From Deltaproteobacteria bacterium (lineage in GTDB: Bacteria > Desulfobacterota > Desulfarculia > Adiutricales > JAFDHD01), in NCBI GenBank assembly GCA_019308995.1, contig JAFDHD010000006.1, positions 5,221-69,220 of the forward strand: DNA of 64,000 nt. The letters are read 5' to 3'. The notes beneath the pieces were generated by a model. The model was not told where the DNA came from and ran no database searches. It saw only the letters and a program-made list of their open reading frames with translations. This document shows positions 18,108 to 27,674 of this stretch, piece after piece. The number at the start of each line of letters is the position of its first letter. Positions within the stretch are counted from its first letter, which is position 1. Position numbers and translations under genes: made by a program.

Positions 18108-19289
18108 ATGGATCGTTCGAGGGATTCTATCTTGACCCGGATTATGATCGCGGCTGGTGAGGCCTCCGGCGATCTTCACGGTTCCAATCTGGTTCGCGTG
18201 GCCTTAAGTTTTAATCCTGACCTCAAGTTTTATGGGATCGGGGGAGAGAAACTCAAGGCAGCCGGGGTTGACCTGTATTTCGACCTGGAGCACCAGGGAC
18301 TCTTCGGTCTAACTGAGATTGTCACCAGCTTGAGAAACACCCTCAGGATTTTAAGGACTCTAAAGAAATCACTGCATGAAGAAAAACCGGCCGCCTTGGT
18401 GCTGATTGATTATCCGGACTTTAATCTCAGCCTGGCCAAGACGGCTAAACGGCTGGGGATTCCGGTCTTCTATTACATCAGTCCCCAAATCTGGGCCTGG
18501 CGGCGGGGTCGGGTAAAGAAAATCAAGCGATTCGTGGATCGGATGGCGGTTGTCTTTCCTTTTGAAGTGGACTTCTATCAACAGTACGGCTTAGAGGTCT
18601 CCTTTGTCGGTCATCCTTTGCTTGATGTTATGACTCCGCCTCGTCCCAAGGCGGAGGTCAAAGTCGAGCTCGGATTCGATCCCTCTCGTCCTTTGCTGGC
18701 CTTGCTGCCAGGCAGCCGCCTCACCGAAATTCGTCAGCATTTGGCCTTAATGCTTGAGTGTGCTTTTGAGGCCAGAAGACAGCGGCCCGATCTTTCCTTG
18801 GCCGTGGCTCAAGCCGATACCTTTAAGGACGGCGACTTGGCTCCATTTCTTGAAGATGGCCCGGATAAGGTGAAGCTGGTGATCGGGCGGACTCATCTGC
18901 TGCAAAACGCGGCCGACGTGGTTCTGACCGCTTCAGGAACCGCGACCCTCGAAACAGCCCTGATGCTGACCCCGATGGTGGTTATCTATCGAGTGCGTCC
19001 TTTGACTCACTTTTTTATAAAGCGGCTTGCTAAGGTTGATTATGTGGCCCTAGCCAATCTCATTGCCCGGGAGAGATTAGTTCCGGAACTCTTGCAAAAA
19101 GAGGCTCGTCCAGATAGAATTACGGCCGAGCTTATGCGTCTCCTCAATGAGCCTGAGAGCAGAGTTAAAATGATCGAGGGATTGAGACGCGTCCGGGAGA
19201 AGTTAGGCGCTCCCGGAGGCAGTCAGCGGGCAGCCCGCCTGCTTTTGGAAACTATGAAGAAAGAGCCTGACCAAGCGTATAACAAATGA
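18108..19289 (+). CDS. lpxB: lipid-A-disaccharide synthase
   Basis: IAAGEASGDLHG N-terminal motif, GT19 length and layout. Confidence 0.93.
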   Translation: MDRSRDSILTRIMIAAGEASGDLHGSNLVRVALSFNPDLKFYGIGGEKLKAAGVDLYFDLEHQGLFGLTEIVTSLRNTLRILRTLKKSLHEEKPAALVLIDYPDFNLSLAKTAKRLGIPVFYYISPQIWAWRRGRVKKIKRFVDRMAVVFPFEVDFYQQYGLEVSFVGHPLLDVMTPPRPKAEVKVELGFDPSRPLLALLPGSRLTEIRQHLALMLECAFEARRQRPDLSLAVAQADTFKDGDLAPFLEDGPDKVKLVIGRTHLLQNAADVVLTASGTATLETALMLTPMVVIYRVRPLTHFFIKRLAKVDYVALANLIARERLVPELLQKEARPDRITAELMRLLNEPESRVKMIEGLRRVREKLGAPGGSQRAARLLLETMKKEPDQAYNK

Positions 19290-21067
19290 AGAATTATCAA
19301 AAACTGCTTTCATATGCCAAACCTTACTGGTTTCGTTTGGTTGTGGCGATGATTTCCATGAGCGCCGTAGCTGCCTCAACAGCTGCTATTGCTTTTTTGG
19401 TTAAACCAATGCTTGACGAGATTTTTCTGGAAAGCGACCGGCAAAAACTCTACCTGGTTTCGGTTCTGGTAGTCGGAGCTTTCCTGGCTAAGGCGGTCTT
19501 CTATCTCAACCAGGCTTACCAGATGAACTATGTCGGACAGACCGTCGTCAACAATCTCCGGGTTGAACTTTACCGGCATTTGCAGACGCTATCCCTGTCA
19601 TTCTTCCACCGGACTCCCACCGGCGTACTTACCTCCCGAATCACGAATGATGTAAATATGATTCAGCATGCAGTGTCCGAAGGTATTACAGCCCTGATCA
19701 TGGACGCCTTTACCGCCTGCGGCTTGATGTTTGTTATCTTCTACCGGGACTGGAAACTGGCTCTGGCTGGTATCCTGATCATACCGCTGGGCGTTTATCC
19801 GCTTTACTATTTTGGCCGCAAGCTCCGTACTCTATCCAAGCGGGTTCAGATCAATATGGGCGCTCTGACAACCATCCTGCAAGAAACATTTCAGGGGATG
19901 CGCATTGTCAAGGCCTTTAATATGGAGGAGTATGAAAACAAACGGCTGGTTAATGAATGCGACCGGCTTTTATCCAATCGCATCAAGGTGGTCACAGTCC
20001 GCGCTGTGTCTTCGTCGCTTATGGAAATCCTGGCCGGGTTCTGTATTGCAGGCATTATTCTGTATGGCGGTATAAACGTGGTTAAGGGGCTTTCCACTCC
20101 CGGTTCCTTTGTCTCGTTCTTAACTGCATTAATCCTGCTTTACGACCCCATCAGACGTTTAAGCCGGCTGAACGTGACTATTCAGCAAGGTCTGGCCGCG
20201 GCTGACCGGGTTTTCGCCATTTTAGACGAGGAGCCTGAGATCAAAGACAAGCCTTCAGCCTTGGTCCTGCCGCCGGTCACCAAAGGGGTTGAGTTCAGAA
20301 ACGTTCACTTCGGGTATGGTCAGGAAGAAGTCCTCAGAGGCGTGGATCTTGTGGTCGAGGCTGGGGAAGCCTTGGCAATTGTTGGCGCTTCCGGTGTGGG
20401 CAAGACTACCCTGATCAATCTAATCCCAAGGTTTTACGATGTTCAGGAAGGAGGGGTCCTCATTGATGGCCATGACATCCGTGAGGTGACTCTTCAAAGC
20501 TTGCGAGCACAGATTAGTATTGTCAGCCAAGCCACGATTCTCTTCGATGATACAGTGCTGAACAACATTGCCTATGGCAGCCTGGACAGGTCCAGAGAGG
20601 AGATCAAGACTGCGGCTAAGGCCGCCTATGCTTATGAATTTATCATGGGGCTGCCTCAGGCTTTCGATACCCGTATTGGTGAGCGTGGCGTCCGGCTCTC
20701 CGGCGGGGAGCGTCAGCGTCTGGCTATGGCTCGCGCTATATTAAAGAACGCGCCTGTCCTGATCCTGGATGAGGCTACCTCATCGCTGGATACCGAGTCG
20801 GAATTGGAAGTGCAGAAGGCCCTGCTGAACCTGATGCAGGGCCGGACGACCTTTGTGATCGCCCACCGGCTCTCCACGGTGCGGAACGTCAATCGGATTA
20901 TTGTGCTTGCTAACGGTCGGATTATTGAGGAAGGTTCCCATGAAGAGCTTATGGCCCTGGGTGGCGAGTATCGGCGGCTCTATGAGATGCAGTTCCGGGA
21001 ATACGGACAGGTTCCAGGCAGCGACTCTGTTTTCGCTAACAATTTAGCCAAGACGGACATCCTTTAG
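19286..21067 (+). CDS. msbA: lipid A export ABC transporter MsbA (permease/ATPase)
   Basis: Six-TM exporter domain plus NBD (GASGVGKTT, LSGGERQRLAMARAIL, LILDEATSSLD). ATGA overlap with lpxB. Confidence 0.88.
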   Translation: MKNYQKLLSYAKPYWFRLVVAMISMSAVAASTAAIAFLVKPMLDEIFLESDRQKLYLVSVLVVGAFLAKAVFYLNQAYQMNYVGQTVVNNLRVELYRHLQTLSLSFFHRTPTGVLTSRITNDVNMIQHAVSEGITALIMDAFTACGLMFVIFYRDWKLALAGILIIPLGVYPLYYFGRKLRTLSKRVQINMGALTTILQETFQGMRIVKAFNMEEYENKRLVNECDRLLSNRIKVVTVRAVSSSLMEILAGFCIAGIILYGGINVVKGLSTPGSFVSFLTALILLYDPIRRLSRLNVTIQQGLAAADRVFAILDEEPEIKDKPSALVLPPVTKGVEFRNVHFGYGQEEVLRGVDLVVEAGEALAIVGASGVGKTTLINLIPRFYDVQEGGVLIDGHDIREVTLQSLRAQISIVSQATILFDDTVLNNIAYGSLDRSREEIKTAAKAAYAYEFIMGLPQAFDTRIGERGVRLSGGERQRLAMARAILKNAPVLILDEATSSLDTESELEVQKALLNLMQGRTTFVIAHRLSTVRNVNRIIVLANGRIIEEGSHEELMALGGEYRRLYEMQFREYGQVPGSDSVFANNLAKTDIL

Positions 21068-21712
21068 GTGGTGGCTCCAAATATGACCATATCCATTCGC
21101 AGGCGTAAAGGTAAGGTCATATTCACTTTGTGCCTGCTTTGGGTTATCGCCCTTGTGGCCGTTTATGACGTTCCGTTGTCGCAGGCTTTGAAAGCCAATG
21201 ATGGGCTGGGCGAGATCGTGGCTCGCTATGGCTACTGGATGGGCCACGGTAGTGTCATGATATCTCTGCTGGTTCTGATTTTGATACTCGGCTTTGTTTT
21301 TCCGCAAACTCGATTTAAGAGCGCCGGTGCCCGGGCCCTGCTGGCCTTTATCCTGTCAGGAGTTCTGGCTCAGATTATTAAACATCTTGTGGGACGCCCC
21401 CGCCCCCGTCTTCTGACAGAGGGGATCCATCATTTTGGCCCGACTCTGGCCTCGGGTCTGGATTCATTTCCCTCTGGACACGCCGCCTCCGCCGTTGCTG
21501 TAGCTACCGCTCTTTCTTTTTATTACCCCAGGGCTACGCCTCTGTTTATGTTCATCGCGTCCTTTATCGCTGCCTCCCGGATCTTTAGCGGCTCCCATTT
21601 CCCGATTGATATCCTCGGGGGAACAATCCTCGGCCTGAGTGTTGGCCTGATAATCAGTTCTTACGGTCGGCGTTCTAGAGCGATATCCTTCTATGGGGAG
21701 TCAGATCAGTGA
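21068..21712 (+). CDS. PAP2-family membrane phosphatase (LpxE/LpxF-like candidate)
   Basis: KHLVGRPRP, PSGH and SRIFSGSHFPID match the KX6RP / PSGH / SRX5HX3D triad. It abuts the msbA stop codon. The start is uncertain (GTG 21068 or ATG 21083). Confidence 0.8.
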   Translation: MVAPNMTISIRRRKGKVIFTLCLLWVIALVAVYDVPLSQALKANDGLGEIVARYGYWMGHGSVMISLLVLILILGFVFPQTRFKSAGARALLAFILSGVLAQIIKHLVGRPRPRLLTEGIHHFGPTLASGLDSFPSGHAASAVAVATALSFYYPRATPLFMFIASFIAASRIFSGSHFPIDILGGTILGLSVGLIISSYGRRSRAISFYGESDQ

Positions 21713-21782
21713 GATTCGAGGCGGGAAGGCCCGGGGCCTGCTGCCAGCGCCATAAGATTGAGTTGGATCATAAAAGCGAACG

Positions 21783-22928
21783 ATGAAGCGTATCATTCCT
21801 CATTACATCATTCGGGAAATTCTGCCAAACTTCTTTGTATCCCTTCTGGTATTCACCTTTATTCTTCTTCTGGCCAAGATTCTGGTATTAACTGAAATGG
21901 TGGTGGTCAAAGGGGTTAAACTGGAAACCATCCTCCGTTTCCTGTTATACAGCCTTCCTTTTTTACTTTCTTTGACCATTCCCATGTCCACGCTTCTGGC
22001 TGTACTTCTCGCTTTTCTTCGCCTCTCGGGCGATAATGAGATTACTGTCCTCAAATCAGCCGGGGTGAGCCTTTACAGGCTCCTTCCTTCAGTTATACTT
22101 TTTTGCCTCTGGACTTACCTGGTGACCAGCTACCTGGTTTTATATATGGTTCCTTCGTCCAATCGGGTTTTCCGGAATGAACTCCTGGCCCTGGCCAAGG
22201 TTAGCGCAGACATCGGTGTCAAGGAGGGGATATTCAATAATGCCTTTAAAGAGATGGTTCTTTATGTGGATCACATTGACGTGAGTAAAGGCTGGATGCG
22301 AGAAATCTTCATTCAGGACGCTCGGGAAGGTGAGGCGGCTAATGTTATTAACGCTTCCCATGGGCGCATTACCACTGACAAGAAGCAGCGCACTCTTGTT
22401 TTTGAGCTTTTCAATGGCGTGATTGACCACATCGAAGAGAGCATCGTTTTCGAGCGTTATGATCTCAAGCTGGATATGGAAAGCGCGCTCTCAGCGGAGA
22501 ACCTCAGACCACCGGATCAATTCGAGATGAACCAGGACGAGCTGTGGAGGGCGATTGACAACTTTGATCGGTCTGATGTTCGTTATTACCCGTATCTCTT
22601 AGAGGCCCATAAGAGGTACTCCCTGCCTTTTGCATGCCTGCTTTTGGGTTTGATTGCTGTGCCGCTGGGGGTTCAAGGCCGCGGGAAAGGACGAAACTGG
22701 GGCGTCAGTATGGGGCTGGGAGTTTTTCTTGTTTATTATATTCTTTTCACCGCTGGATTGAGCTTTGGTGAAACAGGGGCTTACCCACCGATCCTGGGAA
22801 TGTGGGTGCCCAATATCGTCCTTGGCGTTGCGGCCTTATATATGCTGCGTCAGGCTAATCACGAGGCCCCCCTGCATATCGTTTCCCTGCTCGATTTTTT
22901 TGAATCACGATTGAGGCCTGGTGAGTGA
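21783..22928 (+). CDS. lptF: LPS export permease LptF (YjgP/YjgQ family)
   Basis: 381 aa, YjgP/YjgQ topology with a periplasmic beta-jellyroll insert. Paired with lptG. Confidence 0.85.
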   Translation: MKRIIPHYIIREILPNFFVSLLVFTFILLLAKILVLTEMVVVKGVKLETILRFLLYSLPFLLSLTIPMSTLLAVLLAFLRLSGDNEITVLKSAGVSLYRLLPSVILFCLWTYLVTSYLVLYMVPSSNRVFRNELLALAKVSADIGVKEGIFNNAFKEMVLYVDHIDVSKGWMREIFIQDAREGEAANVINASHGRITTDKKQRTLVFELFNGVIDHIEESIVFERYDLKLDMESALSAENLRPPDQFEMNQDELWRAIDNFDRSDVRYYPYLLEAHKRYSLPFACLLLGLIAVPLGVQGRGKGRNWGVSMGLGVFLVYYILFTAGLSFGETGAYPPILGMWVPNIVLGVAALYMLRQANHEAPLHIVSLLDFFESRLRPGE

Positions 22929-22939
22929 GGCTCTGAAGC

Positions 22940-24019
22940 ATGAAGGTTGTTAATCGCTATTTACTCGAGGAATTCATTCGCACCCTTGGAATTATTCTGC
23001 TTTCTTTTGTCCTGATTTATCTCATCGTTGACTTTCTAGAGAAGATTGATAACTTCCTTGAAGCCGATGTGCCTCTCATAAGAGTGGTCTACTATTACCT
23101 GATGTCCATCCCGGCTATCCTCTTCAATGTGGCGCCGGTGGCTGTCCTGGTTTCGGTCATGATCTTCCTGGGTCTACTGGCCAGGCATAGCGAGATCGTG
23201 GCGCTGAAGGCCGGAGGGATCAGTCTGTATCGCGTTTCGATTCCTATCTTATGGATGGCATTATTTATGAGCCTGCTGCTGTTCGGGCTTTCCGAGACGG
23301 TGATTCCTTACACATCGGCGCAGACCAATGCTATCTGGAATGTGGAGGTGGAAAAGCGCCAGGATACTTCCTCCGGTCGCTATGAGGATGTCTGGTATAA
23401 AGGTGAAGGGATTATTTATAACTTCCAGGTTTACGACCAGCCGGCGCGAGTCCTGGAGGGTGTCAGTCTTTACCGCTTTGATGAAAAATTCGTAATCCAT
23501 GAGCGGATCGAGGCTAAAGAAGCTCGATGGATTGACGGCCGGTGGCTTTTTTTTCAGGGTCTGGTGAAAAGGTATCTTAATGACGGGGAGTTGCGACTGG
23601 AGTATTTTGATCAGGCCGTTTTTGAACTCCCGGAGATGCCCGAAGATTTTTCACGCGTCACGCGCTCTCCGGATGAGATGAACTTCGAGAGTTTATACCG
23701 TTATGCACGCCGAGTCGAGGCAGAAGGACATGATCCTGTTCGCTATTATGTTGATCTCAACCTCAAGATCGCCTTCCCCCTCATCTGTTTTGTCATGGCG
23801 CTCATTGGCCTGCCCATCGCCTTCTGGAGGGAAAAAGGCGGCGGTATCGCTTTGGGGATTGGTGCGGGAATTGGTCTGTCGTTCGTCTATCTTGTCCTGC
23901 TTGGCCTGTTCCGTTCACTTGGTTACACAGGCCTTCTTCCGCATGTAGCCGCCGCCTGGCTGCCCGTTTTAATTTTTATCCTGTTTGGATTTTTCTTGTT
24001 TACCCTGGTGCGCCAGTGA
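22940..24019 (+). CDS. lptG: LPS export permease LptG (YjgP/YjgQ family)
   Basis: 359 aa paralog of the upstream gene, with the same topology. Confidence 0.85.
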   Translation: MKVVNRYLLEEFIRTLGIILLSFVLIYLIVDFLEKIDNFLEADVPLIRVVYYYLMSIPAILFNVAPVAVLVSVMIFLGLLARHSEIVALKAGGISLYRVSIPILWMALFMSLLLFGLSETVIPYTSAQTNAIWNVEVEKRQDTSSGRYEDVWYKGEGIIYNFQVYDQPARVLEGVSLYRFDEKFVIHERIEAKEARWIDGRWLFFQGLVKRYLNDGELRLEYFDQAVFELPEMPEDFSRVTRSPDEMNFESLYRYARRVEAEGHDPVRYYVDLNLKIAFPLICFVMALIGLPIAFWREKGGGIALGIGAGIGLSFVYLVLLGLFRSLGYTGLLPHVAAAWLPVLIFILFGFFLFTLVRQ

Positions 24020-24037
24020 AAAAGGGTGGCAAATATC

Positions 24038-24512
24038 GTGAAAAAACCTGTCTTAAAGAGAAACTAAGGTTATCCTGGATAGAGACTTAGCCCAACTTTA
24101 TGGCGTGGAAACAAAAGCATTGAAGCAAGCAGTGAGAAGGAATATAAAGCGTTTTCCTGTTGATTTCATGTTTGAGTTGACAAAAGATTAATTTAAAAAC
24201 TTGAGGTCACAAATTGTGACCTCAAGTTGGGGAGGAGCAAGATATTCCCCTATGGCTTTTACCGAACAAGGTGTAGCCATGCTCTCAAGTGTCCTGAACA
24301 GTGAGAGGGCGATCCAGGTTAACATTCAGATTATGAGAGTGTTTATTTTCCTGCGGCGGAGGCTGTCTACAAATGAAGATTTGAGAAGACAAATTAAAAG
24401 GATGGAGAAGAAATACGACCAACAGTTTAAGGTTGTTTTTGAAGCCATTAAGCAATTGTTGGATAAAGAGAGGAAGCCTAAAAGAAAAATTGGTTTAACC
24501 AGCGGAAAGTGA
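24038..24512 (+). pseudogene. decayed ORF6N-domain (KilA-N-like) gene
   Basis: Reads [92 protein letters not shown]. There is an in-frame TAA at 24189-24191. The N-terminal segment from GTG 24038 is in another frame and stops after 9 codons. Confidence 0.75.
24198..24228. repeat. perfect 31-nt palindrome
   Basis: AACTTGAGGTCACAA-A-TTGTGACCTCAAGTT, 15-bp arms around one central base, lying inside the ORF6N remnant 7 nt after its premature stop. Confidence 0.9.
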
Positions 24513-24581
24513 ACTTACTATAAATTATTTAATTTAATTTGTATTGTATGATAAAAATAGCTAGACGGAGGATTTGATATC

Positions 24582-25460
24582 GTGTTTGGCTTCCGGCTCA
24601 TAGGCCGGCTGACGGCACGGGTGATGGACACGCTCTGGAGGTCTTTCCCGCCAATTGTCAGAATTGAAACCACGAATCGCTGCAATGCGGCCTGCACCTT
24701 TTGCCCGCACCTGTCCATGCAGCGGGAGACAGGCGTCATGGACCAGGCCCTTTACGAAAAGCTTGTGATGGAATGCACCCAGGGCGGCTGCCGGACACTG
24801 CATCTGCACAACTTTGGCGAGCCGCTTCTTGATCCTGATTTGGCAGAGCGTATTGCTTTTGCCAAAGACGCCGGTATGCGCCGCGTGAAAATTTTTACCA
24901 ATGGCAGCCTGCTTTCCGGTGAGCGTGCCGAACGTTTACTTGGCTCAGGCCTGGATGAGATCAAAATCAGCATTGATGGCAGGGATGCCGAGGAATTCGC
25001 CCGGTTGCGCAAAGGACTGTCGCTGGACATGATCCTCGATAACACACGCCGTTTTCGAGCCATGCGGGATAAGACTGCAGCGAAACGGCGTCCCACTATC
25101 ATCGCAGCCTGCACCCAGACCTCTGACCGCGGAGCAACCGACCGTTTCCTTTCCAGCGTGGTGGACCGCACTGATTATGGTGAACTTCATAACTGGGGCG
25201 GCATCATGAATCCCTTACAGGGGCGCAGGATCCGCAAGCCATGCTCCCGAGTTTGGCAGACATTTACTGTCCTTTGGAATGGTGACGTAGCCCTCTGCTG
25301 CCTTGATTACGATGGCAGTGAAATCTTAGGAAATGTCAGGGAAAAACCCATAAGGCAGGTCTGGCAAGAGGAACGCTACCAGGCGATACGCAGACTGCAC
25401 CGCTTATCCGAACAGGACGCCATCCCGCTTTGCCAGGATTGTTCTAAGAGTTTTTATTAG
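24582..25460 (+). CDS. radical SAM protein with a SPASM/twitch-like C-terminal Cys domain
   Basis: ETTNRCNAACTFCPH (CX3CX2C) and C-terminal cysteines (CSRVW, LCCLDYDG, PLCQDCSK). The start is GTG 24582 or ATG 24624. Confidence 0.85.
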   Translation: MFGFRLIGRLTARVMDTLWRSFPPIVRIETTNRCNAACTFCPHLSMQRETGVMDQALYEKLVMECTQGGCRTLHLHNFGEPLLDPDLAERIAFAKDAGMRRVKIFTNGSLLSGERAERLLGSGLDEIKISIDGRDAEEFARLRKGLSLDMILDNTRRFRAMRDKTAAKRRPTIIAACTQTSDRGATDRFLSSVVDRTDYGELHNWGGIMNPLQGRRIRKPCSRVWQTFTVLWNGDVALCCLDYDGSEILGNVREKPIRQVWQEERYQAIRRLHRLSEQDAIPLCQDCSKSFY

Positions 25461-25554
25461 CTTTTAATCCCTCACCCTGTTTCCCGACAAATTGACTCCT
25501 ATAAAAAGCTGGGGCTAATAGCCTTTAAAAGCAAGGGAATGGCTTAGGTTCACC

Positions 25555-25583
25555 TTGACTTTACGAGGGGTCTTTGATAGATT
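25555..25583 (+). promoter_or_regulatory. candidate sigma-70 promoter for the second PAP2 gene
   Basis: TTGACT (25555-25560), 17-nt spacer, TAGATT (25578-25583). Confidence 0.3.
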
Positions 25584-25633
25584 TTAGTAAAAATATGAGG
25601 TGGTTTGCTTAAATCTACTATTAGATTCTTAGT

Positions 25634-26239
25634 GTGATGCTCGATTCTTTGCTTAAGATTGACCGCATCCTTTTTTATGCCATCAACCAAGGCACCAGGA
25701 ATGCGGTTTTCGACTGGCTGATGCCTGCTGTTTCCTGGCAGTACCTGTGGGTTCCGCTGTCCTTGATTGTCCTTATTTTCTTAGTACGCTCCACATGGCG
25801 AACCAGATGGATTCTGATCATTTTAATCCTGGTTTTTGTTACGGGCGATGCCTTTAACAGCCGGGTTTTGAAACCATTATTTACTCGCCCCCGGCCTTAC
25901 AGCAGTTTAACGCAAGTTCATTTACATAAGAATCACTGGGAAGTGACACCGGAGCTCAAACCAAAAAATCCAAACCCGACCAGCTCTTTTCCTTCGACGC
26001 ACGCTGTAAACGCCGCCAGTTCCGCAACGGTGCTGATCTGTTTCTACCCGCGTTTCTGGCCGCTTATGGCGTTTCTGGCCGCGCTGATCTGCTACTCCCG
26101 TGTTTACATCGGCGTCCATTATCCATTTGATGTTTTGGCAGGGGTCCTGGTTGGACTGTTCCTGGCCGGATCGGTCTTGGTCGTTCAAGCTTTAATCAGG
26201 CGCCGGGTCCAGGTTCGTTTTTTTAATGGAGGCAAGTAG
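25634..26239 (+). CDS. PAP2-family membrane phosphatase, second copy
   Basis: KPLFTRPRP, PSTH and SRVYIGVHYPFD triad; polytopic membrane protein. Confidence 0.8.
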   Translation: MMLDSLLKIDRILFYAINQGTRNAVFDWLMPAVSWQYLWVPLSLIVLIFLVRSTWRTRWILIILILVFVTGDAFNSRVLKPLFTRPRPYSSLTQVHLHKNHWEVTPELKPKNPNPTSSFPSTHAVNAASSATVLICFYPRFWPLMAFLAALICYSRVYIGVHYPFDVLAGVLVGLFLAGSVLVVQALIRRRVQVRFFNGGK

Positions 26240-26375
26240 TGCTTCCCGTGAAGGAATTAAAGACGATTTGCCCAAAAATGAAATTGACAGCTCAAGAATC
26301 GGCTTTGTAATTTATGAAAAGCCAGACAGGTTTCTCTGCGATTTTTTCAATCTCAGCGAAGAGTAGTCTCCTGAA

Positions 26376-27674
26376 ATGATGTTTCCTCTTTACACATTGG
26401 CTTACTGTGGGGCAACCATGGCCTTGTCGCCTTATTACCTGGTCAAGGGTCTGGCTTCCGGAAAATACCTCTGGAGCCTTTCCGCCAGGCTGGGTGTGGC
26501 AGACATCAGTCTTGAGCCCAAGTCAACCTTTAGAATCTGGGTTCACACCTTGAGCCTTGGGGAGACTCTTTCTGTCTTGGCGCTCATCACCCGTCTCAAG
26601 AATGAAGGTTATGAAGTTTGTCTGTCCACTACGACCCGGAGCGGCCGCCAGATCGCTCGAGCAAGATTTTCGGAAAAAGCCAAAATCATACAGTTCCCTT
26701 ATGACTGGCCGCCGGCCGTAAGACGTGTTCAGGATAAGGTTCAGCCTGACCTGTTCGTGCTGGTGGAGACAGACATTTGGCCTAATTTTCTGGCTCGTCT
26801 TGAGCGCGAAAGAATACCGATCGTGCTCATAAATGCCAGGGTTTCCCCACGTTCTTATGCGCGTTATCGTCTGGTCAAGAGGTGGTGGCGACGGGTGCTG
26901 AATTTATTTACTTTCATCGGTGTTCAGACTGTCCTTGATAAACAGCGGATGCTCGATCTGGGAGCTGGATCGGATCGAGTCGTGGTGACCGGGAATCTCA
27001 AATTCGACCAACCTCAGCCTGAAGCCGGTTCAGGAGTTCTTGAGTCCTTACTGGCTGAGAGCGGCCTGCCTCGAGGCGTTTGGCTGGTAGGAGGCAGCAC
27101 TCATCCTGGTGAGGATGAGGCTTTACTTGAAATTTTTACTGAACTCGCCCCCAGTTTTCCTGAGCTAAAGCTTTTGTTAGCCCCGCGAAATAAGTCCCGG
27201 TTTGAACCGGTCTGGCGGCTGATTCAGCAACGGAATTTGAAGGCGGCGCGCCGGAGCGGTCCGAAGCCGTGTGCCGATATAAAAATATTTCTGCTTGACA
27301 CCCAGGGCGAACTGGAGAGGTTCTTTGAACTTGCTGATGTGGTTTTTATTGGTAAAAGCCTGCCCGGTTCAGGAGAAGGCGGGGGCCATAATCTGCTCGA
27401 ACCGGCAGCTCATTTCAAACCGGTCCTTTTTGGTCCCAGGATGCAGAATTTCAAAGAGATTGCTCAGTCAATACTATCAGCCGGGGGAGGTATTCAGGTG
27501 GCTGACCAGGAGGAGTTGAAAATGGTCCTGAGCACTCTTTTGGCCTGTCCTGAAAAACGCAAAGAGCTGGGACAGCAGGCTCGTGGTGTGGTCGAGGCTC
27601 ACCAGGGGGCGGTTGATCGAAACATGGACCTCATAACCCGGGCTCTTGCTTTGCGAGGTACAGTAGGCTTGTGA
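26376..27674 (+). CDS. waaA: 3-deoxy-D-manno-octulosonic acid (Kdo) transferase
   Basis: GT30 layout with an IWVHTLSLGE N-terminal motif, 432 aa. Followed by lpxK with a GTGA overlap. Confidence 0.9.
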   Translation: MMFPLYTLAYCGATMALSPYYLVKGLASGKYLWSLSARLGVADISLEPKSTFRIWVHTLSLGETLSVLALITRLKNEGYEVCLSTTTRSGRQIARARFSEKAKIIQFPYDWPPAVRRVQDKVQPDLFVLVETDIWPNFLARLERERIPIVLINARVSPRSYARYRLVKRWWRRVLNLFTFIGVQTVLDKQRMLDLGAGSDRVVVTGNLKFDQPQPEAGSGVLESLLAESGLPRGVWLVGGSTHPGEDEALLEIFTELAPSFPELKLLLAPRNKSRFEPVWRLIQQRNLKAARRSGPKPCADIKIFLLDTQGELERFFELADVVFIGKSLPGSGEGGGHNLLEPAAHFKPVLFGPRMQNFKEIAQSILSAGGGIQVADQEELKMVLSTLLACPEKRKELGQQARGVVEAHQGAVDRNMDLITRALALRGTVGL

